From Candidatus Bipolaricaulia bacterium (GTDB lineage: Bacteria; Bipolaricaulota; Bipolaricaulia; RBG-16-55-9), in assembly GCA_042219045.1 (NCBI GenBank), contig JBDGQO010000034.1, forward strand, positions 15,011-43,060: a stretch of DNA of 28,050 nucleotides. The letters run 5' to 3'. Below are positions 17,093-24,786 of the stretch, one piece after another (position 1 is the stretch's first letter; every line of letters begins with the position of its first letter). Below the pieces are notes generated by a model. That model was not told the origin of the DNA. It saw only the letters and a program-made list of their open reading frames with translations, and did not search any database. The translations under genes and the position numbers were made by a program.

Positions 17093-17138
17093 ATCGAGTA
17101 CGAAGCTCCACGATACGCTCCGAAGGAGGGGTCCGGAC

Positions 17139-17915
17139 ATGCCAGAACTGAGCGTCGGCGAATATCAACTCGTCTACAACATCATCTCGTTTACGCTCGC
17201 TGCGATGCTGGGAAGCCTGCTGTTCTTCGTCCTGCGCCGCAACGACGTGGCACCGCCCTATCGCATCTCGCTGATCATTTCGGCCGTCGTCGTCGCCATC
17301 GCCGCCTATCACTACGCGCGCATCTTCATCAGTTGGGGCGATGCCTTTGCGCTGGCCGAAGGCGTCTACGTGCCCACCGCGCAAGGCTTCAACGACGCCT
17401 ATCGATACGTCGATTGGCTGCTGACGGTGCCGTTGCTGATGGCGGAGCTCGTACTCGTGCTGCGCCTACCGCGCGGCGAGGGACGCTCGCTGCTGACCAA
17501 GCTCGTCGTGGCCGCGGCGCTCATGATCGGGCTCGGTTGGCCAGGCGAAGCCAGCTCAGCTTTCGGCACACAGCTAGTATTCTGGGTCTTGTCGATGATC
17601 CCGTTCCTCTACATCATCTACGTGCTCTTCACCGAGCTGACCCAGGCGATCCAGCGCCAGCCGGAGGGCGCCCAGAAGTTCGTCCGGCTCGCGCGCAACC
17701 TCACGGTCGTCGTGTGGCTCTTCTACCCCATCGCCTATCTGTTCCCCTTGGTGGGGCTTGAGGGCAGCACGGCGGAAGTGGGTCGCCAGGTCGGCTACAG
17801 CATCGCCGACGTCACCGCCAAGTGCGCCTTCGGCGTGATCATCTACTTCATCGCCAGCGCCAAGTCCCAAGCCGACGGATGGTTCGAGGAACGCAGCGCC
17901 AAGATCAGCTGGTGA
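17139..17915 (+). CDS. Microbial rhodopsin, xanthorhodopsin-like outward proton pump (DTE motif)
   Basis: Seven TM helices; YHY (His58), RYVDWLLTVPLLMAE (D92/T96/E103), LGWPGE, WLFYPIAY, ADVTAK (retinal Lys228); SD AAGGAGG before ATG 17139. Confidence 0.95.
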   Translation: MPELSVGEYQLVYNIISFTLAAMLGSLLFFVLRRNDVAPPYRISLIISAVVVAIAAYHYARIFISWGDAFALAEGVYVPTAQGFNDAYRYVDWLLTVPLLMAELVLVLRLPRGEGRSLLTKLVVAAALMIGLGWPGEASSAFGTQLVFWVLSMIPFLYIIYVLFTELTQAIQRQPEGAQKFVRLARNLTVVVWLFYPIAYLFPLVGLEGSTAEVGRQVGYSIADVTAKCAFGVIIYFIASAKSQADGWFEERSAKISW

Positions 17916-17923
17916 GCGCTACG

Positions 17924-17950
17924 GGTCGGGCGGGGAGACCCCGCCCGACC
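17924..17950 (+). other. Strong GC hairpin between rhodopsin and DUF4397-like gene
   Basis: GGTCGGGCGGGG-AGA-CCCCGCCCGACC perfect 12-bp stem with no U tract. Confidence 0.6.
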
Positions 17951-17987
17951 GCGCTCCCGCACCCACGGTGACGAACGGAGGTGCCTC

Positions 17988-18671
17988 ATGCGACGCACGC
18001 TGATGCGACTGCTGCCGCTGCTGATTATCGCAACAGCCCTGGTCGGCGCCCCCACAGCCGGCAGCGCGCAGATCTGGCCGGACGTGCGACTGGTGCACGC
18101 CGCGTCGAACGTGGAAGCCATTGACGTCTACGTCAACGGCCTGCGCATCCTGAACGACATGGAGTTCAGCGGCCACACGGACTATCTAAGCGCGCCGCCG
18201 GGCACGCAGAACGTGGAGGTCTTCGCCGACGGGGGCGAGGAACCGCTGTTGACCGATCAGTTCAAGATTGAGGGCCAGCAGCGCTACACGGTGGCGTTCC
18301 ACCGGAATGCGGCGTCTGAGCTGGCCATGAGCGTCTGGACGGACGAGATCGGGCAACGGCCCCAGGAGAAGTCACGGATCCGCATGCTCCATCTGGCACC
18401 GGCCCCCGAGCAGGTTTCGATCGCCCGGCCGGACGGCCCGGCGCCCTTCGACCGCGTGGCCCGCAACGAGGCCAGCGGCTACACCTCGGTTCCGTCCGGA
18501 CGGCTGGCGCTGCAGGTGCGCAATCCGGCCACGGACGAAACGCTCATGGAGATCGAGCGGACGCTGCCCAGCAAGTCGGCCGCCAGCTTGGCGCTGATTC
18601 CCGATCCGACGGACGCAACCCTGGATGCCCTTTGGCTCCACGACGCCGGCCCATGGAACCCGACTGACTGA
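17988..18671 (+). CDS. Secreted DUF4397-like protein (two repeats)
   Basis: Signal peptide; VRLVHAASNVEAIDVYVNG and IRMLHLAPAPEQVSI repeats; SD GGAGGT. Confidence 0.8.
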   Translation: MRRTLMRLLPLLIIATALVGAPTAGSAQIWPDVRLVHAASNVEAIDVYVNGLRILNDMEFSGHTDYLSAPPGTQNVEVFADGGEEPLLTDQFKIEGQQRYTVAFHRNAASELAMSVWTDEIGQRPQEKSRIRMLHLAPAPEQVSIARPDGPAPFDRVARNEASGYTSVPSGRLALQVRNPATDETLMEIERTLPSKSAASLALIPDPTDATLDALWLHDAGPWNPTD

Positions 18672-18759
18672 CCCGAGACATTCCATCGGCTCCCCCCGGC
18701 CGATGCGGGGCGGGGCGCGAGCTCCGCCCCCTCCTCCCCTCTCCACCCGTCACGCTTCC

Positions 18760-18791
18760 TCATGGCTCCCGCCCCTCAGCGGGAGCCATGA
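18760..18791. terminator. Inverted repeat after the DUF4397-like gene (possible terminator)
   Basis: TCATGGCTCCCGC-CCCTCA-GCGGGAGCCATGA perfect 13-bp stem; no immediate U tract; overlaps the next regulatory box. Confidence 0.45.
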
Positions 18792-18829
18792 TCCTCGTCA
18801 TTTTCCAGAGTGCATGATCTCAATATGAT
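18788..18829 (+). promoter_or_regulatory. FNR/CRP-like box plus -10 element for rrf2-feoB-feoA
   Basis: ATGAT-CCTC-GTCAT (18788-18801), then 22 nt, then TATGAT (18824-18829). Confidence 0.65.
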
Positions 18830-18877
18830 GAAAGAGGATGTTACCAATCTTCATTCGCCGTGGGGAGGGAACCCGGG

Positions 18878-19342
18878 ATGATCTTTACCAAACGGGCCGA
18901 CTACGGACTGCGCGCCGCCTTGGAGCTCGCGGCCCGCTACGGCCGCGGCTCGCTGTCGGCGCACCAGATCGCGGAGCACAGCGAGCTGCCCGGGCCGTTT
19001 GTGAAGAAGTTGCTCCAGGACCTGACCGCCGCGGGCATTGCCCAGTCGCGCCGTGGGCGGTCGGGCGGCTACTCGCTGACGGACGCGCCCGAGCGGATCG
19101 GGCTGGTCGACGTGCTGAGCGCGTTCGAGGAGCTCGCCCCAGTGCGCTGTTTGGCGGCATATGACGATGAGGAGGGGGCCGCCTGCGTGTTGGAGGAGCA
19201 CGCGACCGACTGCCCCACCCGCGCGGTGTGGCAGCTGATCGACCGTCGGGTCCGCTCGGCACTCGAGGCGCTGACGCTGGCTGATTTGCTCGGCGTCCTC
19301 GAGGGACAGGGACTGAAGCTGGACGTGGTCGTCCATGGCTAG
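18878..19342 (+). CDS. Rrf2 family transcriptional regulator with three Cys (probable Fe-S sensor)
   Basis: KRADYGLRAALELA, SRRGRSGGYSL winged HTH, C-x11-C-x8-C, LEALTLADL; SD GGAGG before ATG 18878. Confidence 0.92.
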   Translation: MIFTKRADYGLRAALELAARYGRGSLSAHQIAEHSELPGPFVKKLLQDLTAAGIAQSRRGRSGGYSLTDAPERIGLVDVLSAFEELAPVRCLAAYDDEEGAACVLEEHATDCPTRAVWQLIDRRVRSALEALTLADLLGVLEGQGLKLDVVVHG

Positions 19343-21449
19343 CACGGTCCAGCCGACGGGCACCGCCACGCGCACGCTGGCGCTCGTGGGGCCTCCCAAT
19401 GTCGGCAAGAGCGCCGTGTTCGCTCAACTGACGGGCCGATATGCGGTCTGCTCCAACTATCCGGGCACGACCGTGGAGCTGTTCTGCGGCCTGGCCCATC
19501 GCGATGACGGCGACTGGTCCGTCGTCGACACGCCCGGCGTCGTCGACCTGACCTCATCCCGAGAAGACGAGCAGGTCAGCCGCGACGTGGCGCTGTTCGG
19601 CCACGCCGACGTCGTCGTCCAGGTCGCCGACGCCAAGAACCTCGAACGCGATCTCGTCCTGACGGCCCAACTGGCCGAACTCGGGGCGCCCGTCGTGCTG
19701 GATCTGAACATGGCGGATGAGCGCCGCTCCCTCGGGCTCTCGCCCGCGAGCGCGGAGCTGAGCGCTCAACTGGGCCTGCCCGTCGTGGAGACGGTCGCGC
19801 CGCGCGGCGAGGGCATGGGCGCCTTGGACGCGGCGATCGCCGAGGCCCGCGTGCCGGCGCTGGCGGTCGACTACGGCCCCGCCATGGAACGGGTCATCAA
19901 GCAGCTGGAGGCGGAGCTGGGCCCGGCGATGGACGTCACCGACGGCGCCGAGCCCGTCCAGCTCATGGCGGCTTCGGCGCCCGCCGACGGCTGTCACGGC
20001 GGCGGCTGTGGGTTGTCCACGGGCTGCCGCGGCCGGATCAGCGCTGCGCCGCGCGGCGTCGCCGCGCTGTTGCTGTCGCTCGCCGCTGAGGACGCCGAGG
20101 CACTGCTCGGGCGCATGGAGCTGGCGCCCGAGCGCCACGACCGGGTAAACCGCATCCTGGCCGCCACGCGCCAGGCGATGCCCCATCTCGCTTACGAGAT
20201 GACCCTGGCCCGACGACGCGCCGTGGAGGCGCTGCTCTCATCGCTGGCGTCCACGGACGCGCCCGCGACCGATCCCAGCGTCCCGACGGCGCGATCGATT
20301 GAGCCCTCGTGGCGAGACCGCCTGGCGCGTTGGACGATCCATCCGGTCGGGGGTGTGGTCACGCTGTTGGCCGTTCTCTATGGGATGTATCAGTTCGTGG
20401 GCGTCTTCGGCGCCCAAGTGCTCGTGGAATGGTTCGAGGGGACGCTCTTCGGCGAGCACATCAACCCGGCCATCGTCGCCTTCTTCGACCAATATGTCCC
20501 CGTCCCCTTCTTGCAGGAGCTTTTTGTGGGCCAGTTCGGGATCATCACCATGGCGATCACCTACTCCGTGGCGCTCATCCTGCCCATCGTCACCACGTTC
20601 TTCCTCGCGTTCGGGTTTCTCGAAGATTCGGGATACTTCGCCCGGCTGGCGGTCACGGCCCACCGCATGTTCCGCAAGATGGGCCTGAGCGGCCAAGCCG
20701 TGCTGCCGATGATCCTCGGGCTCGGCTGCGACACCATGGCGACGGTCACGACCCGGACGCTCGAGACCGGGCGAGAGCGGGTCATCGCGACGCTGTTGTT
20801 GGCCTTGGCCGTGCCCTGCTCGGCCCAGATGGCCGTGTTGCTGGCCATGGGCGCGGCGATCTCGCCCTGGGTGCTCGTCGGCGTCCTCGGCATCGCCGGC
20901 GCGGAGATCCTGCTCGTGGGCCGATTGGCTGCCAAGATTTTGCCCGGCGAGTCGGCGCCGTTCGTCTTGGAGCTGCCGCCGCTGCGCCGGCCCCAAGTGG
21001 GCAACATCCTCGCCAAGACGCGCCTGCGACTGCAGTGGTACGTCACCGAGGTGATCCCGCTGTTCGTGATCGGCACGCTGGTGCTGTTCGGGCTCGACAA
21101 GGCGGGGGTCCTGGCGTTGTTGCAGGACGCCTTGCGCCCGATCGTCGTCGGCCTGCTCGATCTGCCCGCCGACGCGGCCCAGGCGTTCATCATGGGCTTC
21201 TTCCGCCGCGACTACGGCGCGGCCGGCCTGTTCCAGCTCCAACAAGCGGGCGGGCTGACCGTGATCCAAGTCCTGGTCAGCCTCACGGTTATCACGCTGT
21301 TTGTGCCCTGCATCGCCAATTTGCTCGTGATCATCAAGGAACGCGGCTGGCGCATCGCCACCGGCATCGTGGTCTTCGTCATCCCCTATGCGGCGCTGAC
21401 CGGCGCGCTCCTCAACTGGATCGTCCGTGCCTTCGGAGGAGGATCGTAA
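19335..21449 (+). CDS. feoB: Ferrous iron transport protein B
   Basis: GPPNVGKS, NYPGTTVE, DTPG and NMAD G-motifs; LEDSGYFARLA, LGLGC, VPCSA, ELPPLRRP, FVPCIA membrane motifs. Confidence 0.96.
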   Translation: MASTVQPTGTATRTLALVGPPNVGKSAVFAQLTGRYAVCSNYPGTTVELFCGLAHRDDGDWSVVDTPGVVDLTSSREDEQVSRDVALFGHADVVVQVADAKNLERDLVLTAQLAELGAPVVLDLNMADERRSLGLSPASAELSAQLGLPVVETVAPRGEGMGALDAAIAEARVPALAVDYGPAMERVIKQLEAELGPAMDVTDGAEPVQLMAASAPADGCHGGGCGLSTGCRGRISAAPRGVAALLLSLAAEDAEALLGRMELAPERHDRVNRILAATRQAMPHLAYEMTLARRRAVEALLSSLASTDAPATDPSVPTARSIEPSWRDRLARWTIHPVGGVVTLLAVLYGMYQFVGVFGAQVLVEWFEGTLFGEHINPAIVAFFDQYVPVPFLQELFVGQFGIITMAITYSVALILPIVTTFFLAFGFLEDSGYFARLAVTAHRMFRKMGLSGQAVLPMILGLGCDTMATVTTRTLETGRERVIATLLLALAVPCSAQMAVLLAMGAAISPWVLVGVLGIAGAEILLVGRLAAKILPGESAPFVLELPPLRRPQVGNILAKTRLRLQWYVTEVIPLFVIGTLVLFGLDKAGVLALLQDALRPIVVGLLDLPADAAQAFIMGFFRRDYGAAGLFQLQQAGGLTVIQVLVSLTVITLFVPCIANLLVIIKERGWRIATGIVVFVIPYAALTGALLNWIVRAFGGGS

Positions 21450-21953
21450 ATGGCAACCACCGTGATCTGCCCCATGTGCCGCAACACGCTGGATCCGGAC
21501 GCGCAGGCCCAAGCCTGCCGACACTGTCCCCTCCATCATCTGACGGACGGGTGCGCGCTCCGGATGGTCCGCTGTCCCGTGTGCGGCTACCACAGCTTCG
21601 CCACCGAAGTCGAGGAGGTCGCGGATGTTGAGACGATTGGAGACGTGGCAGCAAGGGAACCGCTCCCGGAGACGACCTCCGCATCGCTCGCCCCGACGGC
21701 CGCAGACGCGCCCGAGCGCACCCTCGACGGGCTGTCGAGCTCGCGCAACGCGGTCGTGACCGGGTTCAACGGCCTGAGCGAGCGGGCCACCCGGCGGCTG
21801 ATGGCCTACGGGCTGGTTCCCGGCGCCCGCGTCACGCTGCTGCAACGCCGTCCGGCCTACATCCTGCGCGTGGGCCAGACCGAGCTGGCGCTGGAGGCGG
21901 AAGTCGCCGCCTCGGTCCACGTCGAGGCGTTGCCCGGAGGCGACGGTCCATGA
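21450..21953 (+). CDS. feoA: FeoA domain protein with N-terminal Cys-rich domain
   Basis: C-terminal RRLMAYGLVPGARVTLL...TELALEAEVA FeoA signature; N-terminal CPMC, CRHCP, C, CPVC. Confidence 0.85.
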   Translation: MATTVICPMCRNTLDPDAQAQACRHCPLHHLTDGCALRMVRCPVCGYHSFATEVEEVADVETIGDVAAREPLPETTSASLAPTAADAPERTLDGLSSSRNAVVTGFNGLSERATRRLMAYGLVPGARVTLLQRRPAYILRVGQTELALEAEVAASVHVEALPGGDGP

Positions 21954-22064
21954 GGCGTGCTGAAAACTGGATCTGTTGACAGGGTCGTCGCCTGGGAAGC
22001 AACGACACGTTCGAGGCCGGCCGGACGCGACGTCGTCGGCTAAGACGGAGATCCGCGTCGAGGC

Positions 22065-24035
22065 TCAGGAGCTGCGCTCCGACGCCGCGGAGGCGCGCTC
22101 GAGCGGCATGCCCCCCAGCGCCGCGCGAAAGACGCGGCCGTAGGGCTTCGTGACGATGCGCTCGTCCAGGACATGCAGATCGCCCGCGTCGTCGTGGCGC
22201 CGAATGAGCCGGCCGGCCCCCTGGCGAAAGCGGAGCACCGCTCGCGGCAGCAGATAGTCGCGGAACGCGTGGCCGCCTTCGGCCTCGATGGCGGCGACGC
22301 GGGCCTGTTCGATGGGATGAGACGGCGCCTCGAAGGGCAGCCGCACGATCGTCACCGTCCGCAAGCCGGGACAGTCGAAGCCGGACCAGAACGACTCCAA
22401 GCCGAACAGCGCGGCGTGATCCGCCTCGCGAAATTGCCGGACCAGCTCCTCGCGCCCCAGTTCGCCCTGGCAGAGCAGTTGGCAGCCATCCGACAGTCGA
22501 TCGCGCAGGCGTTGCGCAACGGCTTCGAGATCGCGCCGCGCCGTGAAGAGCACGAGGTGGTGGCCCTGTTCGTCGACGATGGCGCGCACTTCCTCGGCGA
22601 GCTGCCGTTGGTACGCCTCCGTGCGCTGCCCGCGGCCTGGCGGGGCCAGCTCGTGCACGACGACCCGCGACCGCGAGGGATCGAACACGGGCGGCAACGC
22701 CGCGGCCTTCCCGGAAAATCCCGTCATGCGCCGGATCAAATCTAGACCGTCGTCGCTGCCGTCCATGAGCGTCGCCGACGTCAGCAGCGTCGCCTCGTGG
22801 CGAATGTAGAGGTGCTCGGCCAGCCACTCGCCCGGATACAGCGGTGTCCGCTGCAACGTCGGGTTGGATTCGGTCTCCAGCCAGGCGACGTGATCCGGGT
22901 CGCTTTCTGTCGCCCGTTCCAACGTCCGCGCATGCTGGCGGAACTCCTGGATGAGCGCCTTGAGCGCCAGCGCCCGCTGGGCGTCCGGGCCGGGGTCGAC
23001 GAGGACTTCCAATTGCCGATCCAGCAGCCCCTCGTCGCGCGCCGCGTCCCGCGCCACGTCGGCCGCCTCCTCGCAATGACGGGCCAGCCGGGTGAGCCCC
23101 TCTTCGAACCGCGTCCCCTGGGTCTCATCCAACAAGACCGTCGAGCCGTCCCGCTCGGCTTCGGCGGCGATCCACTCCCAAGCCTCGCGGATCTGCAGCT
23201 TCAGTCCGTCAATATCCTGGATGACATGGGGATCCCCGGACAGCAACCCCTCGCTTCGTGTGCCCTCGGAGCGCGCCAGCGTGGAGAGCTGTCGCTGCAG
23301 GCCCGCCGTGCTGACGCGATTGGCCAGCACGTTCATCGCCGCCTCGCCGAGCGCGTGCGCTTCGTCGATCACCAGCAGCTCCGCCGGGGGCAACAATGAG
23401 GTGATCAGCCCGTACAGCAGTAAATGGTGGTTGCACACGATCACCTGCGCCTCGTCCCAGCGGGCGCGATGCTCGAAGTAGAAGCAGTCCTCGTAGAAGC
23501 GGCACTGCGCCTTGATGCAGTCGTCCGGGCTGGCCTGGATTGATCGCCATGCCTTGCCGGCTTCCGTCGTGCCCAACTCCGGCGCGAGTCGACTCAGGGC
23601 CTCGTCGCGCTCGCCCGTGTTGGTGGATTGGGTCCAGGCCTCCAGCGCCTCAACGGTCTTGGGCTCCAAGGGGAGGCCCTCCATGCGCTCGGCCAGCTTC
23701 AGCTTGCAGGCGAAGTTGCTGTAGCCCTTCGCCAGGGCCCAGTCCGTCGGCAGAACGCGATTGAGCGTGGGGAGGTCCTTGTGAATGAGCTGGTTCTGCA
23801 GCGCGATGGAGCGGGTCGCCACGATGACCCGCTTGCCCGAGCGGATCGCCGGAATGAGATACCCGAAGGATTTGCCGCTGCCCGTCGGCGCCTCAATGGC
23901 GACGTCCCGCTGACCGTCGATGGCGCTGGCCCAGAGTTTGACGAACTCTTCCTGGGTGGGGCGCCGCTCGAAGCCGGCCAGCGTCGATTCCAAGTCCGTC
24001 AGGGTTGTCCGGGCGAGGTCATGCAGATCGGCCAT
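22065..24035 (-). CDS. DinG/YoaA-family ATP-dependent DNA helicase with Fe-S cluster
   Basis: EAPTGSGKS, four Fe-S Cys (FAC, DCIKAQC, DC), NHHLL, IDEAH, TSATL, RLPF, QGAGRLIR. Confidence 0.93.
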   Translation of the reverse strand: MADLHDLARTTLTDLESTLAGFERRPTQEEFVKLWASAIDGQRDVAIEAPTGSGKSFGYLIPAIRSGKRVIVATRSIALQNQLIHKDLPTLNRVLPTDWALAKGYSNFACKLKLAERMEGLPLEPKTVEALEAWTQSTNTGERDEALSRLAPELGTTEAGKAWRSIQASPDDCIKAQCRFYEDCFYFEHRARWDEAQVIVCNHHLLLYGLITSLLPPAELLVIDEAHALGEAAMNVLANRVSTAGLQRQLSTLARSEGTRSEGLLSGDPHVIQDIDGLKLQIREAWEWIAAEAERDGSTVLLDETQGTRFEEGLTRLARHCEEAADVARDAARDEGLLDRQLEVLVDPGPDAQRALALKALIQEFRQHARTLERATESDPDHVAWLETESNPTLQRTPLYPGEWLAEHLYIRHEATLLTSATLMDGSDDGLDLIRRMTGFSGKAAALPPVFDPSRSRVVVHELAPPGRGQRTEAYQRQLAEEVRAIVDEQGHHLVLFTARRDLEAVAQRLRDRLSDGCQLLCQGELGREELVRQFREADHAALFGLESFWSGFDCPGLRTVTIVRLPFEAPSHPIEQARVAAIEAEGGHAFRDYLLPRAVLRFRQGAGRLIRRHDDAGDLHVLDERIVTKPYGRVFRAALGGMPLERASAASERSS

Positions 24036-24191
24036 TATGGGCGCATCATAGCACCCGGATGACGGCCTGTGCAGGGGAACCGTTGACCGTCGTCGTAAGG
24101 GCGCTTACAGGGACGACGAACGCCATTCGGTATCATGCGGTCCCGTACCAAAGCCGACCCATCCTCGATTCGTTGAAGGAGTGAATCGCCC

Positions 24192-24713
24192 ATGATCAAG
24201 CCCCAGCAGCCAACACCCGAAATGACCGTCCAGACGCTGGACGGCCAGACGTGGACGCTCTCGGAGCAGAATCCGGAAAACTTCACGCTGATCGTCGTCT
24301 ATCGGGGGCTGCACTGCCCCGTCTGCCGAGGATATCTCCGCGACATCGACCGCCACGTCGGCGAACTGGCCGAGCGCGGCGTCGACGCCATCGCCGTGAG
24401 CAGCGACCCCCAAGACCGAGCCCAGGAGACGCAACAGAAGTGGGAACTCGCAAATCTTCTCCTCGGCTACGGCCTCGATCTGGACACCGCCCGCGAGTGG
24501 GGCCTGTTCGTCTCCCGCGGCAAGGGCGAAAGCGGCGGTGTCGAAGAGCCCGAGGTGTTCCCTGAACCGGGGCTCTTCCTGGTCAAGCCGGACGGGACGC
24601 TTTACATGGGCGTCTGGAACACGATGCCCTTCGCCCGACCTCAGATCAAGGACGTGTTGATGGGCCTCGACTTCGTGCTCGAGCACGACTACCCAGCCCG
24701 CGGCGAGGCCTAG
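24192..24713 (+). CDS. Peroxiredoxin-like AhpC/TSA family redoxin
   Basis: YRGLHCPVC, AREWGLFVS, FPEPGLFLVKPDGTLY, MPFARP, YPARGE; SD AAGGAG. Confidence 0.88.
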   Translation: MIKPQQPTPEMTVQTLDGQTWTLSEQNPENFTLIVVYRGLHCPVCRGYLRDIDRHVGELAERGVDAIAVSSDPQDRAQETQQKWELANLLLGYGLDLDTAREWGLFVSRGKGESGGVEEPEVFPEPGLFLVKPDGTLYMGVWNTMPFARPQIKDVLMGLDFVLEHDYPARGEA

Positions 24714-24786
24714 ACGCTATCCCTCATTCGATCGTTCGGTTCGCCAGGGACACCGGCCTCGGCATCCATCCCTGACCCGAACGCCG

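Noticed and set aside
17019..17138. Apparent 40-aa N-terminal extension of the rhodopsin
   Set aside because: Runs through the promoter; the strong SD and homology start point to ATG 17139.
18788..18855. Fur box upstream of feo
   Set aside because: ATGAT words are present but do not form the GATAATGATAATCATTATC pattern; the 5-4-5 palindrome fits better.
18878..21953. Magnetosome-type island suggested by feoAB plus cytochromes
   Set aside because: No mam/mms-like genes are recognisable in the window.
20238..23076. Long ORFs 20238-21920 and 21832-23076 on - strand
   Set aside because: Shadow or alternate frames of feoB/feoA and the DinG gene; Arg/Gly/Ala/His-rich compositions typical of non-coding frames.
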